Shown: positions 1-9,106 of the stretch, piece after piece | Layout: each line of letters begins with the position of its first letter | How positions within the stretch are numbered: position 1 is the stretch's first letter | Origin: a virus | Lineage: Duplodnaviria; Caudoviricetes | DNA: 54,024 nucleotides | Virus record (IMG/VR): IMGVR_UViG_3300045994_000081 | Location: 1-54,024 of that record | Strand: one strand, 5' to 3' | Program-made: the position numbers and the translations under genes | Notes under the pieces: generated by a model | What the model was told of the DNA's origin: nothing | What the model saw: only the letters and a program-made list of their open reading frames with translations | Database searches by the model: none

Positions 1-221
1 CACGATAAAGGTAATTCGGTTGGACCTGTAGAATGCGACCGTAAGTCACCAGCAGATGCATTTAATAGTATCGAGCTTGAATACCTTAATCGCTCACACG
101 ATTACAATGTGGAAGTCATTAAGGTTAAAGACCAAAGCAGCATTGAACAGCACGGTCTTCTAGTTGCACCAATCATTAAAATGCACGCCATAACGGAAGC
201 CAAGGTTGCACAGGCAACCGC
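1..221. repeat. Terminal direct repeat, copy 1 (circular assembly overlap)
   Basis: 1-221 matches 53804-54024 except T94 vs A53897; lies inside a coding region. Confidence 0.97.
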
Positions 222-2715
222 TCAACGTGAGCTGCAACGTGCGTTATATATTCGCAACCTTTACACGTTCAAACTTGGTCCTCAATACGGCAAATTGGAA
301 GCGATGGACATCGTTACAATTACGGATTCTGTACTTGGTTTAAACCGTCAACTTGTGCGCATTTTGGACATTACAGACGAGGTTGATTTTTCGCGTATTG
401 TCACCGCTGAGGAAATGCTTGTCGGAACTGCAAGCCCTGCAAAGTTCAGGACAGAAACGCCCGCAGGCTACGTCGTAAACTACAACGAAGCGCCAGGCAA
501 CGCAAACTCACCCGTAATATTTGAACCGCCGTTAGCGCTATCCGGAACTCCTCAAATGTGGTTAGCAACTTCGGGCGGTGCAAGCTGGGGAGGTGCGGAA
601 GTCTGGGTCAGCACAGATAACGCAACATACAAAAAAGTGGGCGTCGTTTGCGAATCAAGACACGGGGTTTCTAGCGCGTCCTTACCGTTCGGAACTGACC
701 CTGACGTGACAAACGCGCTTGCGGTAGATCTTTCGATAAGTAGTGGACAGCTTTCGTCAGGAACACTTGCAGACCGCGATCTTTATAATACGCTCTGCTA
801 TATAGGGGGCGAACTGGTAAGCTACCAGACCGCGACGCTTACGGGCGCCAATACCTACAGCTTAACGAGCTTGCGGCGCGGGGCGTATGGCTCCGCTATA
901 ACGGTTCATTCTAGCGGTAGCGCGTTTGCAAGGTTGGACAATAATGTTCTAAAGTACGCTTACGATCCGCTTATGGTTGGACAGCCGCTTTATGTGAAAT
1001 TGCGCTCGTTCAACAAGTACGGTTCCGCAGCGCAGGATCTGGCAGCGATAACTCCGTTCACTTACGCTATAGCAGGCGCACCCGTAGGAACGATTTCGGG
1101 TCTTGCGCTGGTACAAGCATGGACGGGCACCGCTTGCGCGATTAAGTGGACACCTTATCCGGGCGCGACCAGTTATAAGGTCGAAATCTGGATCGGTGCT
1201 TCTAAAGTAAGAACGACCGCTAACGTTACAACCTCGTCATTCCTTTACAGCTTTGAAGATAACAAAGCAGACGGAGGTCCGCACCGAAACGTAGAATTCC
1301 GCGTGTATGCAGTAAACTCGACCGGACAGTCTTCGTCCCCAGCGGTGCTATCCGTAACGAATTCCCAAATTGCAGCGCCTGCGGGCCTTTCAACAATGGT
1401 TGCAGGTAGCGCGATTGAACTTGCTGCAACAATGCCTACAGCCACCGATTACGCGGGAACTATGGTATTTGTCAGCACGACAAGCGGTGTAGACCCGAGC
1501 ACCCTGACACCCGTTTACGATGGGCCTGCAAACTTCTTCACAATTCCAGACTTAACTTCGGGCGTCACTTATTATTTCCACATGGTTCATTACGACATTT
1601 TCGGAAAGGACGCTTTAAACTACAGCTCAGAAGTATCCGCTGTTGCAAGTGCGTCAGGGGGAATTCCTACGGTAGCCAACGCCTCTACGCTAACCACACT
1701 GGCGAACCCTTCTTATTGGGCAGTGTACGATTTAACAACCAAGAAAATCTGGCGCTGGAATGCAGCTACGAACCTCTACACAAGCGCAGCGGATGGCGCA
1801 GACATTGTGGCCAATACTATCGCAGCGAATGCGCTTGCAGTTAGCGACCTGTCCGCTATTACCGCGAACCTTGGCACAATTACCGCCGGAAATATCACGC
1901 TAGATTACACGGGTTATATTCGCGGGGGAGCTAGTTCTTACGCAAGCGGAAACGGTTTCTGGATGGGGTACAACGGCGCAACCTATAAGTTCTCAATGGG
2001 CAATAGCTCCACGGGCAATATGTTTACATGGGACGGAACAAACTTAAGCATAGGTCTAGGAGGTACAACGCTCGGCATCAGCAGCGCAACCCAGCGTCTA
2101 AGCGTTAATGACGGAACCCGCGACCGTGTGCTTATAGGTAACTTAGGCGGTGGCGCTTACGGAATAAGATGCTACGATACGTCAGGTAATTTATTTCTAG
2201 ATACGGGGGGCGTGACCGGACTAGGCTCGTTTGCGTACCTGAACAGTCTGAGTCCTAGCAACATCGGAACCTATATGTCAAATCTTAGCGTAGACACGTT
2301 ACAGATTGCAAATCAAGCGGTCACGGTTCCGGTTGTAGTAGCAAGAGAAACGTCTATTACTTACAATCTGACGCAGGGTCAGAGCGCGGATATTATTAGC
2401 GCGTCAACGGTTGCAAGCGGTGCGCCAATCAGTATGACATTAAGCATTGCGCCCGGAAGCATACCGTCGTCAGGCGCGTGGTATTTTAAACTGACAAGAA
2501 ACGGGACAATATTAAGAGACCTTATTGCTCGCGTCAGTATTGACGGGTCAGGGTTCGCAACTGCGATACCTGTAATAATATTATTTTCAGATATACCTCC
2601 AGCGGGGACGACGGTATATAAATTGACTTTGTATAACTGGACAAACGCGCCTGGAGATTACACGAATTACACAGTTGCGCATTCTTACGCAATGTTCTTG
2701 GAGACTAAAAAATGA
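1..2715 (+). CDS. Central tail fibre / tail-tip host-specificity protein, 3' part (gene starts at 52958 and crosses the junction; ~1186 aa total)
   Basis: Frame of ORF 109..2715 is open from base 1 and continues the frame begun at ATG 52958; GTA-like tail-tip segment, FN3-like segments, 'LSAITANLGTITAG' fibre motif. Confidence 0.88.
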   Translation, partial: HDKGNSVGPVECDRKSPADAFNSIELEYLNRSHDYNVEVIKVKDQSSIEQHGLLVAPIIKMHAITEAKVAQATAQRELQRALYIRNLYTFKLGPQYGKLEAMDIVTITDSVLGLNRQLVRILDITDEVDFSRIVTAEEMLVGTASPAKFRTETPAGYVVNYNEAPGNANSPVIFEPPLALSGTPQMWLATSGGASWGGAEVWVSTDNATYKKVGVVCESRHGVSSASLPFGTDPDVTNALAVDLSISSGQLSSGTLADRDLYNTLCYIGGELVSYQTATLTGANTYSLTSLRRGAYGSAITVHSSGSAFARLDNNVLKYAYDPLMVGQPLYVKLRSFNKYGSAAQDLAAITPFTYAIAGAPVGTISGLALVQAWTGTACAIKWTPYPGATSYKVEIWIGASKVRTTANVTTSSFLYSFEDNKADGGPHRNVEFRVYAVNSTGQSSSPAVLSVTNSQIAAPAGLSTMVAGSAIELAATMPTATDYAGTMVFVSTTSGVDPSTLTPVYDGPANFFTIPDLTSGVTYYFHMVHYDIFGKDALNYSSEVSAVASASGGIPTVANASTLTTLANPSYWAVYDLTTKKIWRWNAATNLYTSAADGADIVANTIAANALAVSDLSAITANLGTITAGNITLDYTGYIRGGASSYASGNGFWMGYNGATYKFSMGNSSTGNMFTWDGTNLSIGLGGTTLGISSATQRLSVNDGTRDRVLIGNLGGGAYGIRCYDTSGNLFLDTGGVTGLGSFAYLNSLSPSNIGTYMSNLSVDTLQIANQAVTVPVVVARETSITYNLTQGQSADIISASTVASGAPISMTLSIAPGSIPSSGAWYFKLTRNGTILRDLIARVSIDGSGFATAIPVIILFSDIPPAGTTVYKLTLYNWTNAPGDYTNYTVAHSYAMFLETKK

Positions 2716-3125
2716 GTGTTTCAAACTTCGTAGTATGGAAGGATCTTCCGCTTCCTCAGGAAATTTTAAGATTCGGCACATGCCCTGAAAACATGGTTAA
2801 CATACAAGCGCAGGAAGGCGAAAAGGTAGCGAATTTTTCGGGATCCGACGGATATCATTATATTGACGTTGACGAAACGGGTGCGCCTTACTGCGCAGAA
2901 AGACAAGCTATGCAAGCGACAATAGACAAGACAGAAGGCACGGTTGCGGATACGTTCAAAATCAGCAATCTGCCAACAGGTGCAAGCGTGCATTTAGAAG
3001 GAACGATTTACCCTGTAAGCGGTAACACAGCCTCGTTGTCCTTCAACACGTCTGGCAGTTATAATGCAACCTGCGAAGCGTTTCCCTTCAAACCTATGTC
3101 CTTTCAAATCAAGGTAACTTTGTGA
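2712..3125 (+). CDS. Tail-fibre-associated hypothetical protein
   Basis: 137 aa, ATGA overlap with the fibre gene, beta-rich. Confidence 0.6.
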   Translation: MSVSNFVVWKDLPLPQEILRFGTCPENMVNIQAQEGEKVANFSGSDGYHYIDVDETGAPYCAERQAMQATIDKTEGTVADTFKISNLPTGASVHLEGTIYPVSGNTASLSFNTSGSYNATCEAFPFKPMSFQIKVTL

Positions 3126-3313
3126 CAATTATTAAACATCACAAAACGCACCAAGAACAGCGCAGAGCAGCAATGCCCAGCATTGAGGATCAGCTTTCCG
3201 CAATTTGGGCAGGCGGGGCTAAGATGGAAGAAATGCGGAAGCGTATAACCGCCATTCAAGGCACCTACCCCGAACCTAAAGAAAGCGACCCGAACCATGA
3301 GCGGAGACGATAG
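3122..3313 (+). CDS. Small tail-fibre assembly-like protein
   Basis: 63 aa; 'RRAAMPSIEDQLSAIW...IQGTYPEP' resembles 'R..eYP.i.eQLD.lw....K..yPK' peptides found after phage fibres. Confidence 0.6.
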   Translation: MTIIKHHKTHQEQRRAAMPSIEDQLSAIWAGGAKMEEMRKRITAIQGTYPEPKESDPNHERRR

Positions 3314-3746
3314 CATGGCAGTAGAATTCGCCCAAATGCAAGCGCAGTTACAAGCAATCGGAGACAGTGTAGAAGAGATTAAAAGCACCGTTGCCAAGAT
3401 TGTTGTACTCGACCGAAGCATGGCAGAAATCCTTATTAAGAACGGACATACCGAAAAGGATGTAGAAGCTCTTAAAACGTGGAAAGAGCGATCTTCAACG
3501 GAAAATATGACAGCGATGCAGGGTCATTTGGAACAGATTAATAAGGTAAACGGTAAGATTGAAGAAGTCCGCACACAGGGAAGAACAACAATCTTTATAG
3601 GCGGACTTGTGTTCATAATTGTGCAAGCGTGCGTGACAGCGGCGGTCAGCTGGACATTCGGTCACGTATCCAGCGCAGACACCACAATCAAGGTTCAGCA
3701 GTACAGAATCGAGCAGCTTGAAACTAAAGTGAAGGACGGTAAATGA
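3297..3746 (+). CDS. Coiled-coil, single-TM lysis-cassette protein (holin/antiholin-like)
   Basis: Coiled coil followed by hydrophobic IFIGGLVFIIVQACVTAAVSW; directly upstream of the endolysin candidate. Confidence 0.55.
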   Translation: MSGDDSMAVEFAQMQAQLQAIGDSVEEIKSTVAKIVVLDRSMAEILIKNGHTEKDVEALKTWKERSSTENMTAMQGHLEQINKVNGKIEEVRTQGRTTIFIGGLVFIIVQACVTAAVSWTFGHVSSADTTIKVQQYRIEQLETKVKDGK

Positions 3747-4234
3747 AGGTAACGATTACACGCTTGCACACAACCCCGACCGGAACGCCTGGCGGGCTAA
3801 TTAGCGAAAAGGGTTTCCGTTGTGATACACTGGAACTCCCTTGGCAGCATAACCGCTCAGGGGTGTCTTGTATTAACGCGGACACCTATAAGGGACGAAT
3901 CTGGTTCTCACCGCACCTGAACCGTAATGTGGTCAGGCTGGAAGATAAGCACGGTCGCAAGGACTGCCTTATTCATAACGGTAACTTTGCAGGCGACGTG
4001 ACGCAGGGTTACGAAACTCAGGTTCACGGTTGCACAGAAGTCGGTCACGGTTATGCAGAAATAGCAAGACCTGACGGAAAGTTGCAACACGGGATTTCAA
4101 ACAGCGTATCCGCGCTTGCAACGCTTATCGATCGTCTAGGCGCAGGGGAACATGAGTTTGTTTACGTTTGGGCAGACGGGTGCGCACCTTTAGACCTTGC
4201 TGACCACAATGGAGCAGAACGTGAGTCTGCGTGA
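3743..4234 (+). CDS. DUF5675-family protein (L,D-peptidase-like fold), putative endolysin
   Basis: Motifs CDTLELPW..N..GVSCI, LIHNGN, GC; lies between membrane proteins and spanins. Confidence 0.75.
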   Translation: MKVTITRLHTTPTGTPGGLISEKGFRCDTLELPWQHNRSGVSCINADTYKGRIWFSPHLNRNVVRLEDKHGRKDCLIHNGNFAGDVTQGYETQVHGCTEVGHGYAEIARPDGKLQHGISNSVSALATLIDRLGAGEHEFVYVWADGCAPLDLADHNGAERESA

Positions 4235-4466
4235 TGTGGTGCGCCAGTGCTTTACGGAGAGCGACAATATCACGCACGATTTGTATCGGTATCTGGCACT
4301 CTTCTCAATTATTAGCGGTATCGGTCTCCAAGTGTTTGCAGTCGGTTGGCACGGTCAGACCTTTGACATGCAACAATTCGGCATTGGAACAGGCGCGCTC
4401 TTCGCAGGGGTTGGAGTGGCGCTGGGACTTAAAAAGGACACAACTACAAAGGAGCAAGAAGCATGA
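4197..4466 (+). CDS. Putative holin (two TM segments)
   Basis: Two hydrophobic segments, charged C-terminus, lysis-cassette position; start uncertain. Confidence 0.65.
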   Translation: MLTTMEQNVSLRDVVRQCFTESDNITHDLYRYLALFSIISGIGLQVFAVGWHGQTFDMQQFGIGTGALFAGVGVALGLKKDTTTKEQEA

Positions 4467-4972
4467 ACCCTTATGCAATAATAGGAACGCTGGGACTGAT
4501 GCTCGCACTATGTGCAGTCAGCTTCGAAGGTGGACATCGCACGGGCGTGAACGCTCAGAAGGTAGCGGATCAGCAGGAGTTCGACCACATTAACGCAGAC
4601 ATTGCAAAACAGAAGTCTGACGCGAATACCTTGTACCGTGCAGCACAGGACAAGAATGTTGTACTTGCTGTTGAACGCGACGCTTTTAAAACAAAATTGG
4701 AGAAACAATATGTACTCGACAAGAAAAACATTGATGATCTTCGCGCTCGCTATGCTGGTGAGCGCCTGTTGTACGAACCCTCCCAAAGTGCAGGACGTGG
4801 GAACGGTGGTACTGGTACAACCTCCGGAGCGGGTAGCTCCAGTCCTGCCGGAAGCACCTTCTTACAGATTCCAGACGCGATTACAGCAGATCTTCGCTCC
4901 CTTACCTACGACGCAGACGAACTCGCTGCAAACTATAAAAAGTGCAGAGAGTACGCAATTGACGGGAAATAA
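4463..4972 (+). CDS. Inner-membrane spanin (Rz-like)
   Basis: N-terminal TM helix followed by coiled coil; contains an overlapped lipoprotein ORF. Confidence 0.8.
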   Translation: MNPYAIIGTLGLMLALCAVSFEGGHRTGVNAQKVADQQEFDHINADIAKQKSDANTLYRAAQDKNVVLAVERDAFKTKLEKQYVLDKKNIDDLRARYAGERLLYEPSQSAGRGNGGTGTTSGAGSSSPAGSTFLQIPDAITADLRSLTYDADELAANYKKCREYAIDGK

Positions 4973-4976
4973 TTAG
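4710..4976 (+). CDS. Outer-membrane spanin lipoprotein (Rz1-like), 88 aa, overlapped in Rz
   Basis: ATG 4710 with GGAGA upstream; signal MYSTRKTLMIFALAMLVSA-C lipobox; Pro-rich mature part; +1 frame inside Rz. Confidence 0.8.
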   Translation: MYSTRKTLMIFALAMLVSACCTNPPKVQDVGTVVLVQPPERVAPVLPEAPSYRFQTRLQQIFAPLPTTQTNSLQTIKSAESTQLTGNN

Positions 4977-5125
4977 CGGAACAGCTTGTCCAAAGCTTTC
5001 AAGGTAGAACGGGTCGTTGCTTTACGGACGACCCTTTTCATGACTGCCTTCGGTCCGCGTCTTATTGCGTTAATATCACCCAGTAAAGACGCAAGCTTGT
5101 AGAGCAGACTTCGAAGCGCGTTCAT
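4973..5125 (-). CDS. Small basic amphipathic protein, 50 aa (not in ORF track)
   Basis: MNALRSLLYKLASLLGDINAIRRGPKAVMKRVVRKATTRSTLKALDKLFR; ATGA overlap with stop of 5122..5391. Confidence 0.7.
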   Translation of the reverse strand: MNALRSLLYKLASLLGDINAIRRGPKAVMKRVVRKATTRSTLKALDKLFR

Positions 5126-5391
5126 CCAGGCCACACCGTTTGCATGTGGTCATTCACGTAAGCGCCTATACACACGTTCAAGATTCTTCCGCTTCCTACA
5201 ACAGACACCGCGTGAACAAGCGGATAATGACCGCAATGCACATTTTTCACATCCCTTGCGACAATTGCAGGGGACTGACGTTTGCCTTCGCTGTACTTAA
5301 CGTGAGTTGAGAGTGGTCTGGAATATCCTTCGCGTTTCCAGGCTAGAGATTGTTTGAAAAGCGACAAAGGGAAGATATAAGTTTTAGGCAT
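5122..5391 (-). CDS. Hypothetical protein
   Basis: 89 aa, AAGGAG SD upstream. Confidence 0.6.
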   Translation of the reverse strand: MPKTYIFPLSLFKQSLAWKREGYSRPLSTHVKYSEGKRQSPAIVARDVKNVHCGHYPLVHAVSVVGSGRILNVCIGAYVNDHMQTVWPG

Positions 5392-5493
5392 GTGAAACTC
5401 CTTTTAAAATGTAAAATTCCGCACTGGGAACTGTGCTTGCACGCATTGGACAGCGGGTGGCATACGTTTACCGCACCGCACACCCGCAACGCC

Positions 5494-5784
5494 TTACAGC
5501 GGCTTTACAAGGATCACCCATTCCCAGCATTCAGGTTCACTGCCTGCGCGAAACTTACCAGTGCAGAAGGTGATCGCTTCGCAGTTAAAGTCCGAAGGGG
5601 TGACTGAGCGGTTGCGGTGATCGGTTGCACGGGTAGCAACTTGAACAGAAGTGTCATCCCGACGCGCTGGCATTTTAACTTCGGGAACCTTATCTCCAAA
5701 CGACCCGTAGTGCTGCACGTTAATATGACCGAGACACGCGCCTTCGCGTTTACCTGTAGAGGGGTTGAATTTGAATACTTGCAT
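5494..5784 (-). CDS. Hypothetical protein
   Basis: Start reassigned to ATG 5784 after AAGGAGAATAAA. Confidence 0.65.
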   Translation of the reverse strand: MQVFKFNPSTGKREGACLGHINVQHYGSFGDKVPEVKMPARRDDTSVQVATRATDHRNRSVTPSDFNCEAITFCTGKFRAGSEPECWEWVILVKPL

Positions 5785-5785
5785 T

Positions 5786-6028
5786 TTATTCTCCTTCGAA
5801 AAATTTATCAGCTTCTTTTTCCAAAGCCAACATCGCGGGAACATCTGCAACGGTTATGCTAGAAAGAGAAAAACAAGCGTTTACAACTCCCTGCATCTGA
5901 CGCATCAGGATAATACGTCTTGCACACTCCGACCCAGTCCGTTTATAACCGAAACGATTTATCTGATTATGGGTGGCAGCATGTTCGTTGAATCCTTCTA
6001 CAAATTTGGTTAATTGACTAGCATTCAT
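5786..6028 (-). CDS. Hypothetical early protein
   Basis: Start reassigned to ATG 6028 after AAGGAGAACAAA; directly downstream of a promoter. Confidence 0.65.
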   Translation of the reverse strand: MNASQLTKFVEGFNEHAATHNQINRFGYKRTGSECARRIILMRQMQGVVNACFSLSSITVADVPAMLALEKEADKFFEGE

Positions 6029-6065
6029 TTTGTTCTCCTTCACGTTTGTTTAACTACATGACTGC

Positions 6066-6094
6066 ATTGTAAGGAGTTAGATTGAACAGTGCAA
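6066..6094 (-). promoter_or_regulatory. Sigma70-type promoter
   Basis: TTGCAC-N17-TACAAT on the minus strand. Confidence 0.7.
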
Positions 6095-6098
6095 GCGG

Positions 6099-8156
6099 TT
6101 AATCAAAATATTTTAATTCTTTTTCCAAAATCTTATGGGACTCCGCAATATAAACGTCATAGTTGATATTAGATGGTATTTCCTTAGGAAGCGTCATGAG
6201 AGGTACTGCACCGTCAGACTTCGGAACCTTCTTACCGCTGCTTGCGTAGATAATTACGTCCTCGTCCCCTTGCCCGTAATACCAGCGGATAGTCTTTCCA
6301 AGGAACTCCCCGTTCTTAACGCCTCCACCTTTCACTGTACGCACGTGAACGAAACGCTTTATATCCTTGCACGCCATAATCGTTGTTTCTATAGGTGTAC
6401 CCGCACGCAGAAACTCGACAACCGCGTCAGAGCATATAAGTCCCGCTGGATTTTTAGACAACCTGCTATTCCCGTTCGAGCCCTTCTCGCTATAAGCACC
6501 CTTCACCTTAAATGTACCGTCGGGCTTCAGCGCAATGTAGTTATTCACGTCCCTGCTGAAAAGACCCGTATATTTAGTCTCTTCCGTCACAAAGTCCGTA
6601 TCCTTCTCCCACTGTCTGACTATTGCGTCAACTTCGTGCTCGCGGTCTGCGTGTACCTTTACAACAATTCCGTCGGTGTTTGCGCTGACCACATTAAGTC
6701 CGCACAGTTCGAGACGTTCGATAAGCATCAACAGCGCAAGCTGACCGGTCACAGTTACCTGAATCAACAGGTCTGGGCTATATAGTACGCTGTACGGGGA
6801 ACCCAGCTTTCCGAACGACCCGTTAATGGTAATCTTTAGCGAATCCGCAATTACCTTCCAGAACTTTTCGCCCGCTTTGTCCCCTCGTTGCTTGCACGCT
6901 TTCGCTTCGTGTTTTGCGTGCAACCGCTTCGACACAATCTCGGCGTAAGCTTTCAGGAAGTTATACCCAAGGTGAACAGGGAATAAGTTTTGGTTCAGTA
7001 TTATTTTAGGATAGTAGGACTCAACGTCGATATCCTTTAAAACGTATCCGCCCGTCGCTCTGTGCTTGGCACTCTTCTCAGAGCTATGCAACCCGCCAAT
7101 TCCCATCACATAAGTAGACCCCGCGATCGGAACCTTCAACCCGCTTAACTCAGGGGGCATACCGACCGCACCGTCGTCGCTTACAACAAAGTCCGCATGT
7201 CTTACCACGTCAAGAACCCAGTTCATCAGTTCTGTGTTGTATTTCAAGAAGTGGGGGATTTTGTATTTGTAGCGCGTGCCTATGTCAATTTGCGGACGCT
7301 GGGGTCGCAACCCGTTCAGCTTACCTACAGCTTCGGACAGTACCGCTTCCGCAATCTGCGCATCTGACTTAGAACGCAGGTCAACCCCGTATTCCTTACT
7401 CATCTCTTCGCGAAGCGTAATCTGTTCCTTTAACTCCTCGCGAAGTGCTTCCGTGTTGTCTAAGTCGTTCAAGCAGTACCAGCGCACAATCGCAATCTGT
7501 TCAGGGCTCAACCATGTGCCAGGTGGAAAAGGCAGGTCTTGCATTCTTTTACAGTGCATCCGACCGCTGTATAGCTTTAGGCTCGCACTAAGGGGTGGCA
7601 CCTCGATCAGATCAATGTGATCAATGCCTTTTAGTGCTTTAACCTTGCGTCGCTTTAAAACGTCTGTCCCTCGCAATTGCTCAACAATTATTTCGTTCGT
7701 TGCTTGCACAAGATCCAGATTCGTTTTACCAGCAAGCGCCAGCGCGGTTATAGGCATATCGAAGATGATACCGTTAAAAGACACGATACAAAAGTTTCGG
7801 ATAATCCATTCCATCTTGGCGGTGTTTATGAATACGTCGGTTTCCTCGTGTCTCTCAAAGTAAACAATCTTTCCGGTCGTCTTACACTTAAACGCAGCAA
7901 GGAAGTAATTAGGATAGACTTCCGTATCGTAAATCATTTCAGAACGCTTATCGTTTGCAAGGCTAGAGCGCCATACGTCTGCAAGTTCCAAGTCCGTCAT
8001 CCGGGGGACGTCGAACGCTAACGCTTCTTCCAGTCCTGGCAGGTAATCAGGTGAAAGCCAGGTCGGTTCAGGTGGCGTGCATTTAGGCTTTTCAGCTTTC
8101 GCAGCTTTCACAACGGGCTGATCCCGCCAAAATATTCCAAGTGCGTCGGATCTCAC
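6099..8156 (-). CDS. DNA polymerase, family-B-like, with 3'-5' exonuclease
   Basis: Exo motifs DTEVY, FNG..FD, YCLND; pol motifs DVESYYP, KITINGSFG, NTDG. Confidence 0.9.
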   Translation of the reverse strand: MRSDALGIFWRDQPVVKAAKAEKPKCTPPEPTWLSPDYLPGLEEALAFDVPRMTDLELADVWRSSLANDKRSEMIYDTEVYPNYFLAAFKCKTTGKIVYFERHEETDVFINTAKMEWIIRNFCIVSFNGIIFDMPITALALAGKTNLDLVQATNEIIVEQLRGTDVLKRRKVKALKGIDHIDLIEVPPLSASLKLYSGRMHCKRMQDLPFPPGTWLSPEQIAIVRWYCLNDLDNTEALREELKEQITLREEMSKEYGVDLRSKSDAQIAEAVLSEAVGKLNGLRPQRPQIDIGTRYKYKIPHFLKYNTELMNWVLDVVRHADFVVSDDGAVGMPPELSGLKVPIAGSTYVMGIGGLHSSEKSAKHRATGGYVLKDIDVESYYPKIILNQNLFPVHLGYNFLKAYAEIVSKRLHAKHEAKACKQRGDKAGEKFWKVIADSLKITINGSFGKLGSPYSVLYSPDLLIQVTVTGQLALLMLIERLELCGLNVVSANTDGIVVKVHADREHEVDAIVRQWEKDTDFVTEETKYTGLFSRDVNNYIALKPDGTFKVKGAYSEKGSNGNSRLSKNPAGLICSDAVVEFLRAGTPIETTIMACKDIKRFVHVRTVKGGGVKNGEFLGKTIRWYYGQGDEDVIIYASSGKKVPKSDGAVPLMTLPKEIPSNINYDVYIAESHKILEKELKYFD

Positions 8157-9106
8157 ATTCTCATCCCTACAATTGCACCGCGTAAATTTTCACCGTAAAA
8201 CATGCACGGGGACGGATAAGTGCTCCAGTCTATTTTCTGCGCAACACCTTTCAAGTTCATGAGCATTTCGATATTATAAATTCCGTCCCATTGAAGGTCT
8301 GGAATTTCGTAGCTTGCGCCTTCGTTTAGATCGTCATGCGTGCGCACCCAGCCTGAACCAATGACCACACGCCCGCTCTTGTCACAAAACCCTTTCAGCT
8401 TTTCAAGTGCGATAAACAACCGTTCGTCCATAAGAACCGGATGCGCTTCCGCACTTAGCACCCGCGCAAGGTCAGGCCAGTCTGTTGCGAATAGCTGGGT
8501 TCTTATCCAGCGTCCGTCGCTGTAATGGAATGTCACATTACCTTCGGTCATTTGGGCATGGGTAGGCGCTTCACCAATTCTTATCATTTCTTTTATTGCA
8601 GCGCGGGGAATATTGACAGGGTGCGGAAATGCAGCTCCGATCCAGTATTCTACCAGCATCACATTATTCGTTGCGAATGCACTCTTGTCTTTAATCAGAA
8701 CCCCATTGCTCCAAGGTCGAGACGCATCGTCCCCAACGAAAGGCCATAACACCTTAAACGCTTCCAGAATTCTAGCACCGTCAATCTCAACGTGTTCACC
8801 TTCAGGCTCAACGTGTGGGGTGTCGCCTTCAATACACTCTACAAACGCCTTAAACGCTCCAGAGCGTACCGACAAGCGTCCAGCGGGTGTCATGCTCAAC
8901 TGTACGGTTTCGTCGCAGTTGGAAATCGCTTTAACCATGGACTCAGCTTTCGGGGTGCATTCTATGTCCAGCGGTATCGGGCTGCACAGCGCCAGCATTC
9001 CGTTATAACCGCGTACGATACCCTTTTCAATGCGGAAGTGCGTAAGTGAAGCGACAAGGTCTTTACGGGCAACAGCGCCCTGAACGAACTTTAAGGCTGC
9101 AAGCAT
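8153..9106 (-). CDS. Sliding clamp (DNA polymerase III beta-like)
   Basis: 317 aa; repeated beta-clamp-like segments ('AFATNN', 'VNIPR', 'DWPD'); coupled to the polymerase gene. Confidence 0.75.
   Translation of the reverse strand: MLAALKFVQGAVARKDLVASLTHFRIEKGIVRGYNGMLALCSPIPLDIECTPKAESMVKAISNCDETVQLSMTPAGRLSVRSGAFKAFVECIEGDTPHVEPEGEHVEIDGARILEAFKVLWPFVGDDASRPWSNGVLIKDKSAFATNNVMLVEYWIGAAFPHPVNIPRAAIKEMIRIGEAPTHAQMTEGNVTFHYSDGRWIRTQLFATDWPDLARVLSAEAHPVLMDERLFIALEKLKGFCDKSGRVVIGSGWVRTHDDLNEGASYEIPDLQWDGIYNIEMLMNLKGVAQKIDWSTYPSPCMFYGENLRGAIVGMRM

Noticed and set aside
1-221. Physical direct terminal repeat of the virion DNA
   Set aside because: It falls mid-gene in the tail fibre; a circular-assembly overlap is the simpler explanation
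1-2715. Diversity-generating retroelement or invertible fibre cassette
   Set aside because: No reverse transcriptase, invertase or template/variable repeat pair found by eye
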